DNA of 64,000 nt from an uncultured beta proteobacterium (lineage in GTDB: Bacteria; Pseudomonadota; Gammaproteobacteria; Burkholderiales; Burkholderiaceae_F). The stretch covers positions 5,783 through 69,782 of the forward strand of contig CAVXZK010000010.1 in NCBI GenBank assembly GCA_963766365.1, read 5' to 3'. Shown here in pieces: positions 60,682 to 64,000 of this stretch; position 1 is the first letter of the stretch; each line of letters opens with the position of its first letter. A model generated the notes under the pieces. It was not told where the DNA came from and did no database searches. It saw nothing but the letters and a program-made list of their open reading frames with translations. Made by a program: the position numbers and the translations under genes.

Positions 60682-62066
60682 GCCTGATGAGCGTCGCCGA
60701 ACTGGCGGCCGCCGTATCGGCCCAAGGCATGCGGGGCAACGGCAGCGTCGTGTTCTCGAGCGTCTCGACGGATACGCGCACGCTGGCGCCGGGCGCGCTG
60801 TTCGTCGCGCTGCGGGGCGAGCGCTTCGATGGACACGACTACACGAGCGCCGCTGTGGAGCGTGGCGCCGTCGCGCTGCTGGTGGAGCGACCCATCGAGA
60901 ATGACGTGCCGCAGGTGCTCGTCGCCGATGCCAAGCGTGCACTCGGCGTCGGCGCTGCACTGTGGCGCGCGCGTTTCGCGCTGCCGGTCATCGCCGTGGC
61001 CGGCAGCAATGGCAAAACCACGGTCACGCAGATGATCGCGTCGATCCTGGCGCAGGCCTACGGCGAGAAGCAGCGCCTCGCGACGCGCGGCAACCTTAAC
61101 AACGACATCGGCGTGCCGCTGATGCTTTGGCAGCTCACGAAGCAGCACAAGGCCGCGGTCTTCGAGCTCGGAATGAACCACCCGGGCGAAATCGCCACCC
61201 TCGCCGAGCTGGTGCGACCCACGGTCGCGCTCGTCAATAACGCACAGCGCGAGCACCAGGAGTTCATGCAGTCGATCGAGGCGACGGCGTACGAGAACGG
61301 CGAGGTGATCGCCGCCCTGCCGCTTTCCGAGGCGGGGGTCGCGGTGTTCCCAGCCGATGACGCCTGTGCCGCCATTTGGCGCGCCCTCGCCGGCACGCGG
61401 CGGGTCATCGATTTCGCGCTGGAGGCCTACGCAGTCGTCACCGCGACGTACGAGTTGAAGCCCGACGGCGCTCGCGTGTCGATGGCCACGCCAGCGGGCG
61501 TGGTCGCCGCCAACCTCGGGGTCACTGGAGTGCACAACGTGCGCAACGCGCTGGCGGCGACCGCGTGCGCGCTGGCGATCGGCGTGCCGCCGCGTGCGAT
61601 CGGCGCCGGCCTCGAGGCGTTCCGGCCGGTCGGCGGGCGCGGCGCTCGGCTGCGTACCCGGTCCGGCGCCGCGCTGATCGACGATAGCTACAACGCGAAC
61701 CCCGACTCGGTCCGTGCAGCGATCGAACTGCTGGCGGGCTATGGTCATCCGCGCGTGCTCGTGCTCGGCGACATGGGCGAGGTCGGCGAACGAGGTGCCG
61801 AATTTCATCGCGAGATCGGCGAGTACGCCCGCACCCGGCAGATCGATGCCCTCTATGCGATCGGCTCCCTGACGCCGGAAGCCGTGGCGGCCTTCGGCGG
61901 CGGCACTCACTTCAACGATGTCGATTCGCTGATCGCCGCGTTGTCCTCCCGGCTGGAGCCCACCGCCACCGTGCTCATCAAGGGCTCGCGCTTCATGCGG
62001 ATGGAGCGCGTCGTGCACGCGCTGGCAGAACCGTCGACCGATCCGGCTGTCGCGGGAGTTCACTGA
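60678..62066 (+). CDS. murF: UDP-N-acetylmuramoyl-tripeptide--D-alanyl-D-alanine ligase MurF
   Basis: 462 aa, ..AVAGSNGKTTV.. P-loop and Mur ligase layout. GTGA overlap with the murE stop. Confidence 0.95.
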   Translation: MSLMSVAELAAAVSAQGMRGNGSVVFSSVSTDTRTLAPGALFVALRGERFDGHDYTSAAVERGAVALLVERPIENDVPQVLVADAKRALGVGAALWRARFALPVIAVAGSNGKTTVTQMIASILAQAYGEKQRLATRGNLNNDIGVPLMLWQLTKQHKAAVFELGMNHPGEIATLAELVRPTVALVNNAQREHQEFMQSIEATAYENGEVIAALPLSEAGVAVFPADDACAAIWRALAGTRRVIDFALEAYAVVTATYELKPDGARVSMATPAGVVAANLGVTGVHNVRNALAATACALAIGVPPRAIGAGLEAFRPVGGRGARLRTRSGAALIDDSYNANPDSVRAAIELLAGYGHPRVLVLGDMGEVGERGAEFHREIGEYARTRQIDALYAIGSLTPEAVAAFGGGTHFNDVDSLIAALSSRLEPTATVLIKGSRFMRMERVVHALAEPSTDPAVAGVH

Positions 62067-63221
62067 ATGCTGCTTGAACTGTTCGACTGGCTGGCGCGAG
62101 ACATCCGGGCGTTCAACGTCTTCTCGTACCTGACGTTGCGCGCCGTGCTCGCCGCCGGCACGGCGCTGGTGATCGGGCTTGCCGCGGGACCCTGGGTGAT
62201 TCGCAAGCTGACCGAACTGAAGATCGGCCAGGCCGTGCGCAACGACGGTCCGCAGACACACCTCGCCAAGACCGGCACGCCGACGATGGGCGGCGCGCTG
62301 ATCCTGATCTCGATCGGCATCACGACGCTGCTGTGGGCGGATCTGTCCAACCGCTTCATCTGGGTCGTGCTGATTGTGACGGTGGGCTTCGGGTGGATCG
62401 GCTGGGTCGACGACTACCGCAAGGTCGTGCACCGGAATCCCAAGGGCATGAGCGCCAGGGAAAAGTACTTCTGGCAGTCGCTGATCGGCCTGGTCGCGGC
62501 GTTCTACCTCGCCTTCGCGATCGCGGCGCCGTCGACCGACCGGATCTGGGACCTGATGCTGCTGTGGGTGCAGCAGGGTTTCTACATCGATCTGCCGCCA
62601 CGCTCCGACCTGCTGGTGCCGTTCTTCAAGAACGTCGCCTATCCGCTCGGCGTGTTCGGCTTCGTCGTGCTCTCCTACCTCGTCATCGTCGGCACCAGCA
62701 ATGCGGTCAACCTGACGGACGGACTCGACGGGCTCGCGATCATGCCGACGGTAATGATCGGTGCCGCGCTCGGGGTGTTCGCCTATGTCGTGGGCCGGGC
62801 GGATTTCGCGCGTTACCTGCTGTTCCCGTACATCCCCGGTGCGGGTGAACTCGTGATCATCTGTGGCGCGATCGCCGGCGCGGGCCTGGCCTTCCTCTGG
62901 TTCAACGCCTACCCGGCCGAAGTCTTCATGGGCGATGTCGGCGCGCTGGCACTCGGCGGAGCGCTCGGCACGATCGCCGTCATCACGCGGCAAGAGATCG
63001 TGCTCTTCATCATGGGCGGCGTGTTCGTAGTCGAGACGGTCTCCGTGATGATGCAGGTGGCCTTCTTCAAGTGGACCAAGGGCCGGCGCATCTTCCGCAT
63101 GGCACCGCTGCACCACCACTTCGAACTCTCGGGATGGAAGGAGACGCAGGTCGTCGTGCGGTTCTGGATCATCAGCATGATGCTGGTGCTCGTAGGTCTC
63201 TCCACGCTGAAGATCCGATGA
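62067..63221 (+). CDS. mraY: phospho-N-acetylmuramoyl-pentapeptide transferase MraY
   Basis: 384 aa, ..GTPTMGG.., ..[13 protein letters not shown].., ..MAPLHHHFE.., ending ..[21 protein letters not shown]. Confidence 0.95.
   Translation: MLLELFDWLARDIRAFNVFSYLTLRAVLAAGTALVIGLAAGPWVIRKLTELKIGQAVRNDGPQTHLAKTGTPTMGGALILISIGITTLLWADLSNRFIWVVLIVTVGFGWIGWVDDYRKVVHRNPKGMSAREKYFWQSLIGLVAAFYLAFAIAAPSTDRIWDLMLLWVQQGFYIDLPPRSDLLVPFFKNVAYPLGVFGFVVLSYLVIVGTSNAVNLTDGLDGLAIMPTVMIGAALGVFAYVVGRADFARYLLFPYIPGAGELVIICGAIAGAGLAFLWFNAYPAEVFMGDVGALALGGALGTIAVITRQEIVLFIMGGVFVVETVSVMMQVAFFKWTKGRRIFRMAPLHHHFELSGWKETQVVVRFWIISMMLVLVGLSTLKIR
63155..63221 (+). repeat. direct repeat, copy 1 (authentic 3' end of mraY)
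   Basis: The 66-67 nt segment c-gtgcggttctggatcatcagcatgatgctggtgctCgtaggtctCtccacgctgaagatccgAtga is repeated at 63313-63379 with 3 mismatches. Confidence 0.9.
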
Positions 63222-63379
63222 GCGAAGTCAAGCACGACGGGTGCGGCTGGACGAGGCTCATGCGCGCAGCGCGTGAAGCGAGCGCTGCGAGCGGCCGAGG
63301 CCAGACCTCACCCGTGCGGTTCTGGATCATCAGCATGATGCTGGTGCTGGTAGGTCTTTCCACGCTGAAGATCCGCTGA
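63218..63379 (+). CDS. candidate 53-aa single-pass membrane micro-protein, coupled to both mraY and murD
   Basis: The ATG overlaps the mraY stop (ATGA at 63218-63221) and the TGA overlaps the murD ATG (TGATG at 63377-63381). The product is [32 protein letters not shown] + [21 protein letters not shown]. Its last 21 residues are identical to the MraY C-terminal helix. There is no independent SD, and translation is unproven. Confidence 0.35.
   Translation: MSEVKHDGCGWTRLMRAAREASAASGRGQTSPVRFWIISMMLVLVGLSTLKIR
63313..63379 (+). repeat. direct repeat, copy 2 (duplicated mraY 3' end abutting murD)
   Basis: It lies 158 nt downstream of copy 1. The three differences (CTC/CTG, CTC/CTT, CGA/CGC) are all synonymous third-codon positions in the MraY frame. 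Confidence 0.9.
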
Positions 63380-64000
63380 TGGCGCAGGCACTCGTCCTCG
63401 GACTCGGCGACAGCGGGCTCGCGATCGCGCTCTGGCTGGCACGGCAGGGCTGGTCGCTGCGCGTGGCGGATACGCGCGCAGCGCCGCCGCAGCTCGACGC
63501 GCTGCGCTCCCATGTGCCGGCGGCCGAGTTCGTCGGCGGTCCGTTCACGGAAGCTTTGCTGGATGGCGTCGAACTCGTGGCGATCTCGCCCGGCCTGTCG
63601 CCGACGCACTCGGTGGCCGCTCCGCTGATGAAGGCGGCGAAGGCACGGGGCGTCGAGGTCGTTGGTGAAATCGAGCTCTTCGCGCGCGAGCTTGCGCGGC
63701 TGAAGCAGGACCAGGGCTATGCCCCGCGCGTGCTCGGCATCACCGGTACCAACGGCAAGACGACAACGACGCGGCTCGTCGGCATGCTGGTCGAGCGCTG
63801 CGGACAGCGTGTCGCCGTCGCCGGCAACATTGCACCGGCCGCGCTCGATGAACTGGCCGCGCGGCTCGACGCAGGAGACCTGCCGGAAGTCTGGGTGCTC
63901 GAACTCTCGAGCTTCCAGTTGCAGACGACGGCGAGCCTCGCGTGTGACGCGGCGGCCGCGCTGAACCTGACTCAGGACCATCTTGACTGGCACGGGACGA
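63379..64000 (+). CDS. murD: UDP-N-acetylmuramoylalanine--D-glutamate ligase MurD (5' part, runs off window end)
   Basis: My own translation is [62 protein letters not shown]... It is absent from the track because no stop lies in the window. Confidence 0.9.
   Translation, partial: MAQALVLGLGDSGLAIALWLARQGWSLRVADTRAAPPQLDALRSHVPAAEFVGGPFTEALLDGVELVAISPGLSPTHSVAAPLMKAAKARGVEVVGEIELFARELARLKQDQGYAPRVLGITGTNGKTTTTRLVGMLVERCGQRVAVAGNIAPAALDELAARLDAGDLPEVWVLELSSFQLQTTASLACDAAAALNLTQDHLDWHGT

Noticed and set aside
60591-63119. 842-aa ORF on the minus strand
   Set aside because: It is antisense to murF and mraY. The dcw genes on the plus strand are unambiguous.
63071-63217. Upstream part of the track ORF 63071-63379
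   Set aside because: This portion is merely an alternative frame inside mraY. Only the segment from the ATG at 63218 (overlapping the mraY stop) is considered as a candidate micro-ORF.

Overview
High-GC (about two thirds G+C by eye) chromosomal segment. The flhDC master regulator and the dcw order mraZ-rsmH-ftsL-ftsI-murE-murF-mraY-murD suggest a beta- or gamma-proteobacterium (inference). Left to right: a Na+/H+ antiporter; a HigBA-like toxin-antitoxin pair; an mdeR/mdeA/mdeB-type methionine catabolism locus; pyrC and housekeeping genes. Next is a nine-gene minus-strand operon with three paralogous secreted DUF3604 (PHP-like) proteins, an outer-membrane channel, a lipoprotein, a PPIase and three HupE/UreJ permeases. 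An eroded patch with gene remnants follows, then an amidohydrolase and a TPP enzyme. A flagellar regulatory hub holds a cheY-like gene, two ycgR/PilZ paralogs, flhDC, fliT, fliA and flgMN. A dense signalling block (38-55 kb) holds a ~1500-aa multi-PAS HisKA_2 kinase with an ANTAR regulator, two further kinases, a REC-PAS-GGDEF-EAL protein and a REC-kinase/NarL pair. The window ends with RNase P RNA and the 5' half of the dcw cluster. Main observations: (1) a 66-nt duplication of the mraY 3' end creates a stop/start-coupled 53-codon ORF between mraY and murD. (2) Two copies of a ~380-400 nt nested-palindrome repeat carry compensatory stem changes, and each starts directly after a stop codon. 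(3) The DUF3604/HupE operon has no assigned function. (4) At least 16 single-nucleotide indels cluster at 48.4-52.6 kb and break two signalling genes. Elsewhere there is one frameshifted DUF3604 paralog and one nonsense-mutated OMP remnant. I saw no rRNA, tRNA, CRISPR array, transposase or integrase. Many long ORFs in the track are antisense shadows typical of high-GC DNA.
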